From Thermoplasmata archaeon (lineage in GTDB: Archaea > Thermoplasmatota > Thermoplasmata > Lutacidiplasmatales > UBA184), in contig JASIEC010000029.1 in NCBI GenBank assembly GCA_030046135.1, positions 1 through 33,826 of the forward strand: 33,826 bases of DNA. Reading direction: 5' to 3'. The notes below the pieces were generated by a model. It did no database searches, was not told the origin of the DNA, and was given only the letters and a program-made list of their open reading frames with translations. The position numbers and the translations under genes are program-made. Shown here in pieces: positions 1 through 7,715 of the stretch. Within the stretch, counting starts at the first letter, position 1. Every line of letters starts with the position of its first letter.

Positions 1-380
1 TGCTCCGGGAGGAGACCCTCGGCCGGCGCCTGGAGCGGACCCACCGCCTCGCGGAGGCGACCCGGGCCGCGACCGACGCGCTCGGGCTCACGCTGTTCCC
101 CGACCGGGCGCACGCGTCCGACACGGTGACGGCGATCGAGAACCCCAGCGGTCTCGGGGACGCGGAGCTGAGGAAGGCGCTCGAGCGCGACTACAACGTC
201 CTCGTCCAGGGAGGCCAGGGAGCGCTCAAGGGCAAGATCTTCCGGATCGGCCACATGGGTCTCGCCGACTGGCCGGACCTCCTCGTCACGTTCGCCGCGC
301 TCGAGCGGATCCTCTCGAAGGCCCACCGGCTCCCGACGCCGGGGGCGGCCCTCTCGGCGATCGTCGCGCGGATGCCGTAG
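1..380 (+). CDS. Class V PLP aminotransferase (alanine-glyoxylate / serine-pyruvate aminotransferase-like), C-terminal part; 5' end lies outside the window
   Basis: Frame 3 is open from the window edge to TAG 378-380. The translation ...DTVTAIENPSGLGDAELRKALERDYNVLVQGGQGALKGKIFRIGHMG... carries the FRIGHMG signature of AGXT/SGAT-type class V aminotransferase C-termini. Third codon positions are almost all G/C. Confidence 0.7.
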   Translation, partial: LREETLGRRLERTHRLAEATRAATDALGLTLFPDRAHASDTVTAIENPSGLGDAELRKALERDYNVLVQGGQGALKGKIFRIGHMGLADWPDLLVTFAALERILSKAHRLPTPGAALSAIVARMP

Positions 381-396
381 CCGACTCGGACGCGCC

Positions 397-807
397 CTAC
401 AGGTCCACGATCACGCGGGCCCGGCCCGCCACCGGGTCGAAAACGAGGCCGTGGTAGGTGACCGCCTTCACCTCGGTCCGGAGGCGGTGGCGGGCGGCGT
501 CGAACCGCTCCCCGCGGACGTGCGCTTCCGCAGACGTCGGGGGCCGACCGTGGAGTCGGACCCGGACCGACCGCCCGTAGAACCCTTCCGTCTCCTCGAG
601 GGCGAGGAGCCCGCTCAGGAGCGAGACGACGAGGCCCGGGAAGTCCCCCCCCGAGGCCCGGACGACGCGCTCCTCCCGCGGTCGGACCTTCGCGAGGTCG
701 GTCCCCAGGGCGTAGAGCCCGAGGGCGAGGGCCTCCAGGAGCTCGGCCGCGCTCGGCCCGGTCGCCCAGATCCCCTCGTCGGCCGTCGTGGGGAAGCTCC
801 CCCAGCG
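397..807 (-). CDS. Archease (tRNA-splicing ligase RtcB activator family); 5' end uncertain
   Basis: C-terminal ...RTEVKAVTYHGLVFDPVAGRARVIVDL and N-terminal FPTTADEGIWATGPSAAELLEAL (the HTAD-box region, with Thr in place of His) match the archease family. Stop at 397-399. No in-frame ATG/GTG/TTG exists near the N-terminal motif, so 807 is only the first residue I can align. Confidence 0.65.
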   Translation of the reverse strand, partial: RWGSFPTTADEGIWATGPSAAELLEALALGLYALGTDLAKVRPREERVVRASGGDFPGLVVSLLSGLLALEETEGFYGRSVRVRLHGRPPTSAEAHVRGERFDAARHRLRTEVKAVTYHGLVFDPVAGRARVIVDL

Positions 808-867
808 GCGGGCCGGTCGACGACGGGGCGGAGCTCGGGTCGTGCTTCGCCCAACAGCCCCGCGCCC

Positions 868-873
868 CTTAAG
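868..873 (+). promoter_or_regulatory. TATA-like palindromic CTTAAG box in the archease/GT2 divergent intergenic region
   Basis: Only A/T-containing hexamer in an otherwise G/C intergenic stretch. It lies 27 nt upstream of the GT2 ATG (901), the same spacing class as other boxes in this window. Confidence 0.35.
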
Positions 874-900
874 CGGCCGGCGGGCTCGACGCCGGTTCCC

Positions 901-1692
901 ATGCGCGGGACGCTCGTCATCCCCACCCTCAACGAGGCGCGATCGATCGCGCACGTGCTGGCGACGTTCCGGACCGCCGCGGAGGAGGCGAACCGGACGA
1001 TCCTCGGCGCCCGGCCGATCGACTGGGAGGTGCTGGTGGTCGACGGGGCGTCGACGGACGGGACGGGAGAGATCGCCGGACGGGAGGGAGCCCGGGTGAT
1101 CGTCGAGCGGCGCCGGGGCTACGGCCGGGCCTACCGCACGGGGTTCGCCGAGGCGCGGGGGGAGGTCGTCGCGACCGCGGACGGCGACGCCACGTACCCG
1201 GTCGAGGCGATCCCGGGGCTCGTCCGGGACCTCCTCGCCGGGGAGAACGACTTCCTCTCGGGGAACCGAATGGCGTTCGTCAGCCGCAAGTCGATGACGA
1301 CCGAGCACCGGATCGGGAACTGGGCGCTGAACGCCTTCCTCCGGCTCGCCTACCACCGGTTCCTGAAAGGGATCGCCGGCGGGACGATCACCGACAGCCA
1401 GAGCGGCTTCTGGGTGTTCCGGCGCGAGGTCCTCGACCGGGTGAAGCTGACCCAGGACGGGATGGCGCTCAGCGAGGAGCTCAAGATCGAGACGATCCTC
1501 CGCGGGTTCCGGTTCGCGGAGGTGCCGATCCACTACGGCGAGCGCTGGGGACCCCCGAAGCTCCAGAGCTGGCGCGACGGGCTCGGGAACCTCCTCTTCC
1601 TGGCCGCCAAGCGGCTCGACGTCGCCCGCGAGCTCCGACGGAGCCGCGGGACGCGGCCCCCCCGGGGGACCGCGCCGGGCGGGGCCTCGTAG
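901..1692 (+). CDS. Family 2 glycosyltransferase (dolichyl-phosphate sugar synthase-like)
   Basis: ATG at 901 within the 451..1692 ORF. MRGTLVIPTLNEARSI..., VVDGASTDGT, ATADGDATYP (DxD region) and ITDSQSGFWVFRR are typical GT2/DPM1-like motifs. Upstream part of the track ORF has no similarity and overlaps archease antisense. Confidence 0.85.
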   Translation: MRGTLVIPTLNEARSIAHVLATFRTAAEEANRTILGARPIDWEVLVVDGASTDGTGEIAGREGARVIVERRRGYGRAYRTGFAEARGEVVATADGDATYPVEAIPGLVRDLLAGENDFLSGNRMAFVSRKSMTTEHRIGNWALNAFLRLAYHRFLKGIAGGTITDSQSGFWVFRREVLDRVKLTQDGMALSEELKIETILRGFRFAEVPIHYGERWGPPKLQSWRDGLGNLLFLAAKRLDVARELRRSRGTRPPRGTAPGGAS

Positions 1693-1704
1693 CCGGCGAA
1701 GACC

Positions 1705-1857
1705 CTACTGGGTCTTGCCGGAGCGCTCCCGCGACTTCACGCGCAGGCCCTTGTAGCCGCACCGCCGGCACTGGACGGCGCGCGGGGGGTTCCGGGCCGA
1801 GCAGTTCATGCAGATTTTCTTGTTGAGGAGTCGCTCGACCGCTTCGGGGAACGGCAT
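1705..1857 (-). CDS. rpl40e: Ribosomal protein L40e (50 aa; too short for the ORF track)
   Basis: Hand translation gives [50 protein letters not shown]. It has the CxxC...CxxC zinc ribbon and the KKICMxCxARNP...CRxCGY pattern of archaeal L40e. ATG 1855-1857, TAG 1705-1707. Confidence 0.9.
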   Translation of the reverse strand: MPFPEAVERLLNKKICMNCSARNPPRAVQCRRCGYKGLRVKSRERSGKTQ

Positions 1858-1882
1858 CGGAGCGGCGGGGACCGAGCTACGC

Positions 1883-1889
1883 TATAAAA
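1883..1889 (-). promoter_or_regulatory. TATA box (TTTTATA on minus strand) for leaderless rpl40e; may also serve divergent AMMECR1 gene
   Basis: TATAAAA island in a GC-rich intergenic region, with 25 nt between the box and the rpl40e ATG. This fits a TSS at or next to the start codon. Confidence 0.5.
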
Positions 1890-1942
1890 GGGCCGCGACG
1901 GGACCCGCGAAGAGCTTTCCTCCGACGTTCGGTCGGCCGGCC

Positions 1943-2575
1943 GTGGTGAGCGACGCCGAGGGCTCGCTGGCGGTCGGCGTCGCGCGCGGTGCCATCGTGA
2001 GGGCGGTGGGCGGCCCGGGATCGCCCGCGGAGGCGCCGTCCCTCCCCCCGGTCTTCTCCGAGCCCCGCGGGGCGTTCGTCACGCTCCGGGAGGCTCGCGG
2101 GGAGGCACTTCGGGGCTGCATCGGCTACCCGATGCCCGTCCTCCCGCTTCGGACGGCGCTGGTCCGGGCGGCCGTCAGCGCCGCCCTGGACGACCCGCGA
2201 TTTCCCCCCGTGGACGCCTCCGAGCTCCCCGGACTCACGGTCGAGGTGTCGCTGCTCACTGTCCCCGAGACGATCCGGGCGCGCGCCGAGGAGCTCGCGC
2301 GGTCGGTCCGGGTGGGCCGCGACGGCCTGATCGTCGACGGCGCCGGCTCGAGCGGCCTCCTCCTGCCCCAGGTCGCGACGGACGAGGGGTGGTCGGCGAC
2401 GGAGTTCCTTGCGGCCACGTGCGAGAAGGCGGGGCTCCCCGCGGGCGCCTGGCGGACCCCGGCGGTGACGGTCCGACGGTTCGAGGCGGAGGTGTTCTCG
2501 GAGAGGAGCCCGGGCGGCGACGTCGTCCGGGTCGAGGTCAGCCGGCCCGCCGGCGGACCCTCGCCGAGAAGCTGA
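1943..2575 (+). CDS. AMMECR1 domain protein
   Basis: GAFVTLRE...LRGCIGYP...DPRFPPV...LTVEVSLLT...DGLIV...GLLLPQV are AMMECR1 hallmarks. GTG-GTG at 1943/1946 gives the usual ~210 aa size. The track start at 1808 would overlap rpl40e. Confidence 0.85.
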   Translation: MVSDAEGSLAVGVARGAIVRAVGGPGSPAEAPSLPPVFSEPRGAFVTLREARGEALRGCIGYPMPVLPLRTALVRAAVSAALDDPRFPPVDASELPGLTVEVSLLTVPETIRARAEELARSVRVGRDGLIVDGAGSSGLLLPQVATDEGWSATEFLAATCEKAGLPAGAWRTPAVTVRRFEAEVFSERSPGGDVVRVEVSRPAGGPSPRS

Positions 2576-5486
2576 GCCCCTCGAACTCCCACGTCGCGAC
2601 GTCGGGGCCGGCGCCGAGCGGCTCGTCGGTGAGGCGGAGTGGCTCGGCGAGAAGCTCCCTCGCGAGGTCCTCCCGACGCGGCGCGAGCGCCTCCGCGAGC
2701 TCGCCCGTCGTCGAGAGGTCGATCGAGACCGTCTCCTCGTAGCGGAGGCCCAGCTCCTTGCGCCGCTGCTGGAGTCGGCGCGCGACCTCCCGGGCGAGAC
2801 CGTCCTGGCGGAGCTCCTCGGTCGGCCGACGGGGCAGCGCGGCGCGCAGCACCCCGCCGTCGTCGCGAACCACCCAGTCGGACTCGGGGTAGCTCGATTG
2901 GTCCGCCGAGGTCGACCGCACGATCCGACGGACGTTGATCTCGGCCGCGAGCAGCGCCGTCCCCTCCTCCCCGAGCTCGAGGGTGTCGAAGACGACGAGC
3001 TCGGCGAGAGGGACGCGGGATTTCACCCCGGCCCGCTGGCGGAGCTCCCGCCCGATCTCGACCAGGTCCCGGACCTCCCGCATCCCCTCCTCGAGGGCGG
3101 GGTCCCTCTCGGCGAGGGGCCCGGGCCAGCCCGAGAGGTGGACCGACGACTCCGGGCTCGCGAAGTGGGAGCCCCCGACCTCCTGGACGATCCACTCGGA
3201 GGTGAACGGCACGAGGGGGGCGATCGCTCGGGCGAGCCCGAGCAGGGCATAGGACAGGGTCGATCGCGCCGCCCGACGGTCCTCGGCGTCGCTCTCGGCG
3301 CGGAGTCGGGGGCGGGACCGGCGGAGGTACCACGTCGAGAGATCGTCCACGAACGAACGCACCGCCGCCGCGGCGACGCCGAGCTCGTAGCGGGAGAGTC
3401 CGGCCTCGATGTCGGCGCGAGTCCCTTCGAGGCGGGAGAGGAGCCACCGGTCGAGCGCCCCTCGGGCCGCCGGCCGGCCCGCGGACGGAGGCGGCAGCTC
3501 CGTCCCCGCGGCCTCGAGGTGGAACGCGACGACGTTGAGGAGGGTCCCGAGCGTGCGCGCGCTCGACCGCTGGATCGTGGTCTCCCCGAGGCGCATCGGC
3601 TCCGTGAAGTCGATCGAGAGGAACGTCCAGCGGACCGGGTCGGCGCCGAACCGCGCGAGGAGCGAGAGGGGCTCGATCGCGTTCCCCTTCGACTTCGACA
3701 TCTTGCGGCCGCTCTCGTCGAGCACGTGGCCGTTCGTGAGGCAGGCGCGGTACGCCGGTCGGTCGAACAGGAGGGTCGCGATCACGAGGAGCGAGTAGTA
3801 CCAGCCTCGGGTCTGGTCGATCCCCTCCGCGACGAAGTCGAGCGGTCGCTCCGGCGAGAACGGTCCGGGCGCGAACGGATGGTGGTACTGGGCGAACGGG
3901 GCGGAGCCGCTGTCGTACCAGGCGTCGATCGTGTACGGCTCCCGGCGGGCGGGCTGGCCGCAGGTGGGGCACCGGAGGGCGAGCCGATCGACCGCGACCC
4001 GGTGCGGGTCGAACGGCTCGGGGAGCGGGGCCCCGAGCCGCTCGGCGAGCTCGGCGAAGCTCCCGACGCACGTCGCGTGGCCGTCCGGGCAGACCCAGAT
4101 CGGGAGCGGCGTCCCCCAGAAGCGGTTCCTCGAGAGGGCCCAGTCCTTCGCCTCCGTGAGGAAGTTGCCGAACCGGCCGTCGCGGAGGTGCTCGGGGACC
4201 CAGCGGACGGTCTCGTTGTGCCGCACGAGCCGGTCGGTCGCCCGGGACGTCCGGACGAACCAGGAGTCGATCGCCCGATAGAGCAGCGCGGTGTCGCAGC
4301 GCCAGCAGAACGGGTAGACGTGGCGGATCGTCTCCGACCGGTAGAGCCGGCCTCGATCGGCCAAGTCGCGAAGGAGCACGGGGTCGGCCGCCTTGAACGG
4401 TCGGCCCCGCACGAGGGGCACGACGTCGGTGAAGACCCCCCGCCCGTCGAGCGGGTCGAAGACGCCCACCCCTTCGCGCGCCCCGATCCGCTGGTCCTCC
4501 GGTCCGAAGCTCGGCGCGATGTGGACGAATCCCGTCCCTTCGGCGGTGACGACGGAGTCGTCGAGGACGACACGGTAGCGTCCCGGGGCCGGACCGGGCG
4601 TGTCGAACGGGGGACGGTACGTGGCGCCCGCGAGCGCCCGGCCGTGGAGCCGCTCCACGACGTTCGCGCCGTGGGGGAAGTAGCGCGGGAGCGCGGCCGA
4701 GGCGAGGAGGAGCTCGCGACCGTCGTCCTCCCGCACCACCGAGTACTCGACGTCGGCGCGGGCGGCGACGAGGAGGTTCGCCGGGAGCGTCCAGGGCGTC
4801 GTGGTCCAGACGAGGAGCTCGCGCGCGATCGGCGCGTCGCGCACCAGCGGGAAGCGGACGGTGACCGACGGGTCCGAGGTCTCGCGGTACCCCTGGGCGA
4901 CCTCGTGCGAGGAGAGGGGGGTCTCGCAGCGGGGGCAGTACGGGAGCACGTAGTGGCCCTTCTCGAGGAGGCCCCGGTCGAAGAGCGTCCGGAGGGACCA
5001 CCAGACGCTCTCGATGTACCCGGGGTCCATCGTGCGGTAGGCGTGCTCGTAGTCGAGCCAGAAGCCGAGCTGGCGGCTCATCTCGGTGAACTGCGCCGCG
5101 GCCTCGAGCACCGAGCTCCGGCACTCCTCGCAGAACCGCTCGACGCCGAACGCCTCGATCTCCTTCTTCGACTTGAGCCCGTGGCGCTTCTCGATCTCGA
5201 GTTCGACCGGGAGCCCGTGGCAGTCCCACCCCCCGAGGGAGCTCACGATCCGCTCGCCGCGCATCCGGTGGTAGCGCAGCTCGACGTCCTTGAGGACTCG
5301 AGAGATGAGATGGCCCAGGTGGGGGGCGCCGTTCGCGGTCATCGGCCCCTCGGTGAACCAGAACTCGGGGGCGCCGGGACGGTCCGCGATCGCGCGCCCG
5401 GGGACGCCGGTGCGCTCCCAGTACGCGAGGACCTTCGCCTGGACCGACGCGTCGGACGGCGCGCCGGACTCCTCCTCGGGCCCCAT
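2538..5486 (-). CDS. ileS: Isoleucyl-tRNA synthetase
   Basis: Class I signatures PMTANGAPHLGH (HIGH) and KMSKSKGN (KMSKS), a CP1 editing region, WTTTPWTLP and a Zn-finger CPRCETPL. ATG at 5484-5486 is preceded by a TATA-like box. The track's extension to 5747 has no similarity. Confidence 0.95.
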   Translation of the reverse strand: MGPEEESGAPSDASVQAKVLAYWERTGVPGRAIADRPGAPEFWFTEGPMTANGAPHLGHLISRVLKDVELRYHRMRGERIVSSLGGWDCHGLPVELEIEKRHGLKSKKEIEAFGVERFCEECRSSVLEAAAQFTEMSRQLGFWLDYEHAYRTMDPGYIESVWWSLRTLFDRGLLEKGHYVLPYCPRCETPLSSHEVAQGYRETSDPSVTVRFPLVRDAPIARELLVWTTTPWTLPANLLVAARADVEYSVVREDDGRELLLASAALPRYFPHGANVVERLHGRALAGATYRPPFDTPGPAPGRYRVVLDDSVVTAEGTGFVHIAPSFGPEDQRIGAREGVGVFDPLDGRGVFTDVVPLVRGRPFKAADPVLLRDLADRGRLYRSETIRHVYPFCWRCDTALLYRAIDSWFVRTSRATDRLVRHNETVRWVPEHLRDGRFGNFLTEAKDWALSRNRFWGTPLPIWVCPDGHATCVGSFAELAERLGAPLPEPFDPHRVAVDRLALRCPTCGQPARREPYTIDAWYDSGSAPFAQYHHPFAPGPFSPERPLDFVAEGIDQTRGWYYSLLVIATLLFDRPAYRACLTNGHVLDESGRKMSKSKGNAIEPLSLLARFGADPVRWTFLSIDFTEPMRLGETTIQRSSARTLGTLLNVVAFHLEAAGTELPPPSAGRPAARGALDRWLLSRLEGTRADIEAGLSRYELGVAAAAVRSFVDDLSTWYLRRSRPRLRAESDAEDRRAARSTLSYALLGLARAIAPLVPFTSEWIVQEVGGSHFASPESSVHLSGWPGPLAERDPALEEGMREVRDLVEIGRELRQRAGVKSRVPLAELVVFDTLELGEEGTALLAAEINVRRIVRSTSADQSSYPESDWVVRDDGGVLRAALPRRPTEELRQDGLAREVARRLQQRRKELGLRYEETVSIDLSTTGELAEALAPRREDLARELLAEPLRLTDEPLGAGPDVATWEFEGLSFSARVRRRAG

Positions 5487-5510
5487 GCGGCCCTGCGACG
5501 TTCCGCCGCG

Positions 5511-5517
5511 GATAAAG
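5511..5517 (-). promoter_or_regulatory. TATA-like box (CTTTATC on minus strand) upstream of ileS
   Basis: AT-rich heptamer 24 nt upstream of the ileS ATG, consistent with a leaderless transcript. Confidence 0.5.
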
Positions 5518-5542
5518 AAGGGCCCGCGCAGGGGACCGGGCC

Positions 5543-6328
5543 CTACCGACGGAGGCCGTCGGGCGGCGGGCTCCGGGACTCGGGTCCCTGGCGGCTCGTC
5601 GGGTGGGCCCGGACGACGGTCCCTTCGACCCGCGTCACGTGACTCTCGGGGCCGAGGACGATCGTCGGAGCGCGCACGAACTCGACATCCACCGCCTCGA
5701 GCTCGACGGACTCCGCCTCGATCCTCTCCACGGTCACCTCCGCCCATCGGAGCAGGGCCCGGTCCACGACGTTCGTCCGGTGGCCCCGGAGCCGGACCTC
5801 CCGGGCCTCGACGGCGCCGAACTGCGACGTCCCGTCGAGCCGTGCGGTGACGCGCATCGCCCGGCAGCGCCCGGGGACCGTGGCGGTCCCCTCGAGGCGG
5901 AGGTCGGCCGCCTGAACGTCCGGCGCGACGAGCGTCCCGCGGAACTCGAGGGAGCGGGCCGCCTCGACCGCGGCCGTGAGCCGGGACGCGCCGTGGAACG
6001 ACCCCTCACCGAGCCGGACCGTGGACCGGGCCGAGAACGCACCGTCCGAGGTGAGCGCCCCGGTCACGGCGAGCGGGCCCTCGACGTCGAGCGATCCCCG
6101 GACCCGCACGGTCTCCGCGGAGAGCGATCCGCCTGCGACGAGCGTCCCGTCGATCTCCGCGCGGCCGACGTCGATCGGTCCTAGGACCTTGGCCGTCCCG
6201 CGAAGCCGCCATCGGTCGGCCCTCACCGACTCTCGGCGCACGATCCCGCGGTCCACGAGCTCCTTCGGGCGGGCGGGAGCCGCGGGGGCGGGAGCCCCGC
6301 CTGCCGGGCCGGTCGCGGCGCCGCTCAC
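5543..6328 (-). CDS. Hypothetical protein with bactofilin-like (polymer-forming beta-helix, DUF583-type) repeats
   Basis: An Ala/Pro-rich N-terminal tail is followed by ~18-residue periodic G-x-[LV]-x-[VA] units (GTAKVLGPIDVGRAEIDGTLVAGGSLSAETVRVRGSLDVEGPLAVTGALTSDG...) and a Pro-rich C-tail. GTG start 6326-6328 overlaps the TGA of the upstream gene (GTGA). GC3 is high. Confidence 0.5.
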   Translation of the reverse strand: MSGAATGPAGGAPAPAAPARPKELVDRGIVRRESVRADRWRLRGTAKVLGPIDVGRAEIDGTLVAGGSLSAETVRVRGSLDVEGPLAVTGALTSDGAFSARSTVRLGEGSFHGASRLTAAVEAARSLEFRGTLVAPDVQAADLRLEGTATVPGRCRAMRVTARLDGTSQFGAVEAREVRLRGHRTNVVDRALLRWAEVTVERIEAESVELEAVDVEFVRAPTIVLGPESHVTRVEGTVVRAHPTSRQGPESRSPPPDGLRR

Positions 6329-7653
6329 GGCGCCCCCGCGTGCGCGGCGACGAGGCGTCGATGCTGCTGCATGATGCAGCTGTTCTCGACCACGACGAGA
6401 CCGTGCGCCCGGGCCTTGGTGGCCGCCGCAGGACTCTCGACGCCGAGCTGCATCCAGACGACCGGCACGCGACGCGCGATCGCTTCGTCCACGATCGGAG
6501 GCACCTGGTCGCTACGGCGGAAGATGTCCACGACGTCGAGCCGGATCTCCGGGGGGATCGCGCTCACGGACGGGTACGCTCGCTCTCCGAGGACCTCGGG
6601 CAGCTGGGGGTTGACCGGGACGATGCGGTACCCCTGGGCCTGAAGGTAGCGGGCGACCTCGTTCGAATCCCGGTCGGGCTTGTCGGAGAGTCCGACGACG
6701 GCCACGGTCCGGGCGCGGCCGAGGATCGCTCGGAGCTCGTCGTCACCTGGGGGCACGCTCGAGGGGAACGGGACCCCGTTCTTGATGCTGACGGCGCCGC
6801 CGCCCGGCGCCGCGGGTCCCCCGAGCTCCGGGGCCCTCCCGGAGCCCGGGGGCGGAGCTTGCAGGTAGTGCACCGTCCCGATCACCGCGCCGGCGAGGAT
6901 CGGAATGTACCGGAGCAGGAGGCCCGCGTCGGTCGACACGAGCGTGAGGAACGCCGAGGCGTCGTAGGCGCCGTGAAGGACGCTCGGCACGACGAGATTC
7001 CCTCCCGAGAGCTGGTACGTCGCCGAGAACGCGAAGCCGAGGAGGAACAGCTCCGGGAAGATCAGCGGCGCCGCGAGGCCGTACGTGGTGCCGTAGTAGA
7101 GGTGGACGCCCGCGAAGATCACGCTGGTCCAGGTCGCCGGGGTGACCCACCCGGAGCCGCTCGCCCTCCAGGAACCGAAGAACCACCCACGGAAGATCGC
7201 CTCCTCGAAGGCTCCGGCGGCGAACGAGAAGGCGACGTAGAGCCACGGGTCCCCCGAGGCGGCCCGAAGGACCGGATTGGGGCGGCTCAGGAGGTGGAGC
7301 GCCGCCGGATCCAGGACCTCGTAGAGCGGGACGAGGGCGACGGCGACGAGGAGGCCGAGGAGCGAGAGCAGACCGTACCAGCGCAGCCCCTCCCAGGTGG
7401 CCGTCCCCGGCGCCGCGTTCCACCGCCGGAGCGGACCCACCCCGACGAGCAGCGCGAACGCGACGACCGGGATCCCGTAGACGACCGCCACGTCGCCCGC
7501 GAGCGAGCCGTAGACGACGAGCGTCGCCGGCCAGAGCTCCGGCACGAAGTACTGGCTCAGGATCGCGAGGATCGTGACGACGACCCCGAGCGCGTACCGG
7601 CCGGCCGGGACCCCGAGGACCGCTCGGCTCCCCGGGGCAGCGGGGTTCGTCAC
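6325..7653 (-). CDS. CPBP (CAAX/Abi) intramembrane metalloprotease fused to a C-terminal CoA-binding (YccU/YneT-like) domain
   Basis: The N-terminal polytopic part has the three CPBP motifs: FEEAIFRGW, FAGVH and HGAYD. A Gly/Pro linker follows. The C-terminal RTVAVVGLSDKPDRDSNEVARYLQAQGYRIVPVNP...VDIFRR...VWMQLG is a CoA_binding_2-type Rossmann domain. It is one uninterrupted frame, with an internal GTG at 6754-6756. Confidence 0.7.
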   Translation of the reverse strand: MTNPAAPGSRAVLGVPAGRYALGVVVTILAILSQYFVPELWPATLVVYGSLAGDVAVVYGIPVVAFALLVGVGPLRRWNAAPGTATWEGLRWYGLLSLLGLLVAVALVPLYEVLDPAALHLLSRPNPVLRAASGDPWLYVAFSFAAGAFEEAIFRGWFFGSWRASGSGWVTPATWTSVIFAGVHLYYGTTYGLAAPLIFPELFLLGFAFSATYQLSGGNLVVPSVLHGAYDASAFLTLVSTDAGLLLRYIPILAGAVIGTVHYLQAPPPGSGRAPELGGPAAPGGGAVSIKNGVPFPSSVPPGDDELRAILGRARTVAVVGLSDKPDRDSNEVARYLQAQGYRIVPVNPQLPEVLGERAYPSVSAIPPEIRLDVVDIFRRSDQVPPIVDEAIARRVPVVWMQLGVESPAAATKARAHGLVVVENSCIMQQHRRLVAAHAGAP

Positions 7654-7715
7654 GCCGGGGCGACGGGGTCGCCGCTCATAGCGGACCGGGGCTCAGCCGG
7701 CGCGGAGGTCCCGGG

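Noticed and set aside
2125-5642. Very long ORFs overlapping ileS (2125..5229 minus, 1034 aa; 2898..5642 plus, 914 aa)
   Set aside because: They are off-frame or antisense shadows of a confidently identified ileS. The translations are Arg/Pro/Gly-rich low-complexity sequence with no motifs. Long open frames are expected by chance at this GC content.
5487-5747. N-terminal extension of the ileS ORF up to 5747
   Set aside because: The extension is Arg/Gly/Pro-rich with no similarity to IleRS. It overlaps the 3' end of the upstream gene and runs through the TATA-like box at 5511-5517. The conserved IleRS N-terminus begins right after ATG 5486.
7659-7673. GGCGAC-GGG-GTCGCC palindrome in the CPBP/etfBA divergent spacer
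   Set aside because: It is a 6-bp GC-rich palindrome of low information content in this genome. It is noted but not supportable as an operator without conservation or binding data.
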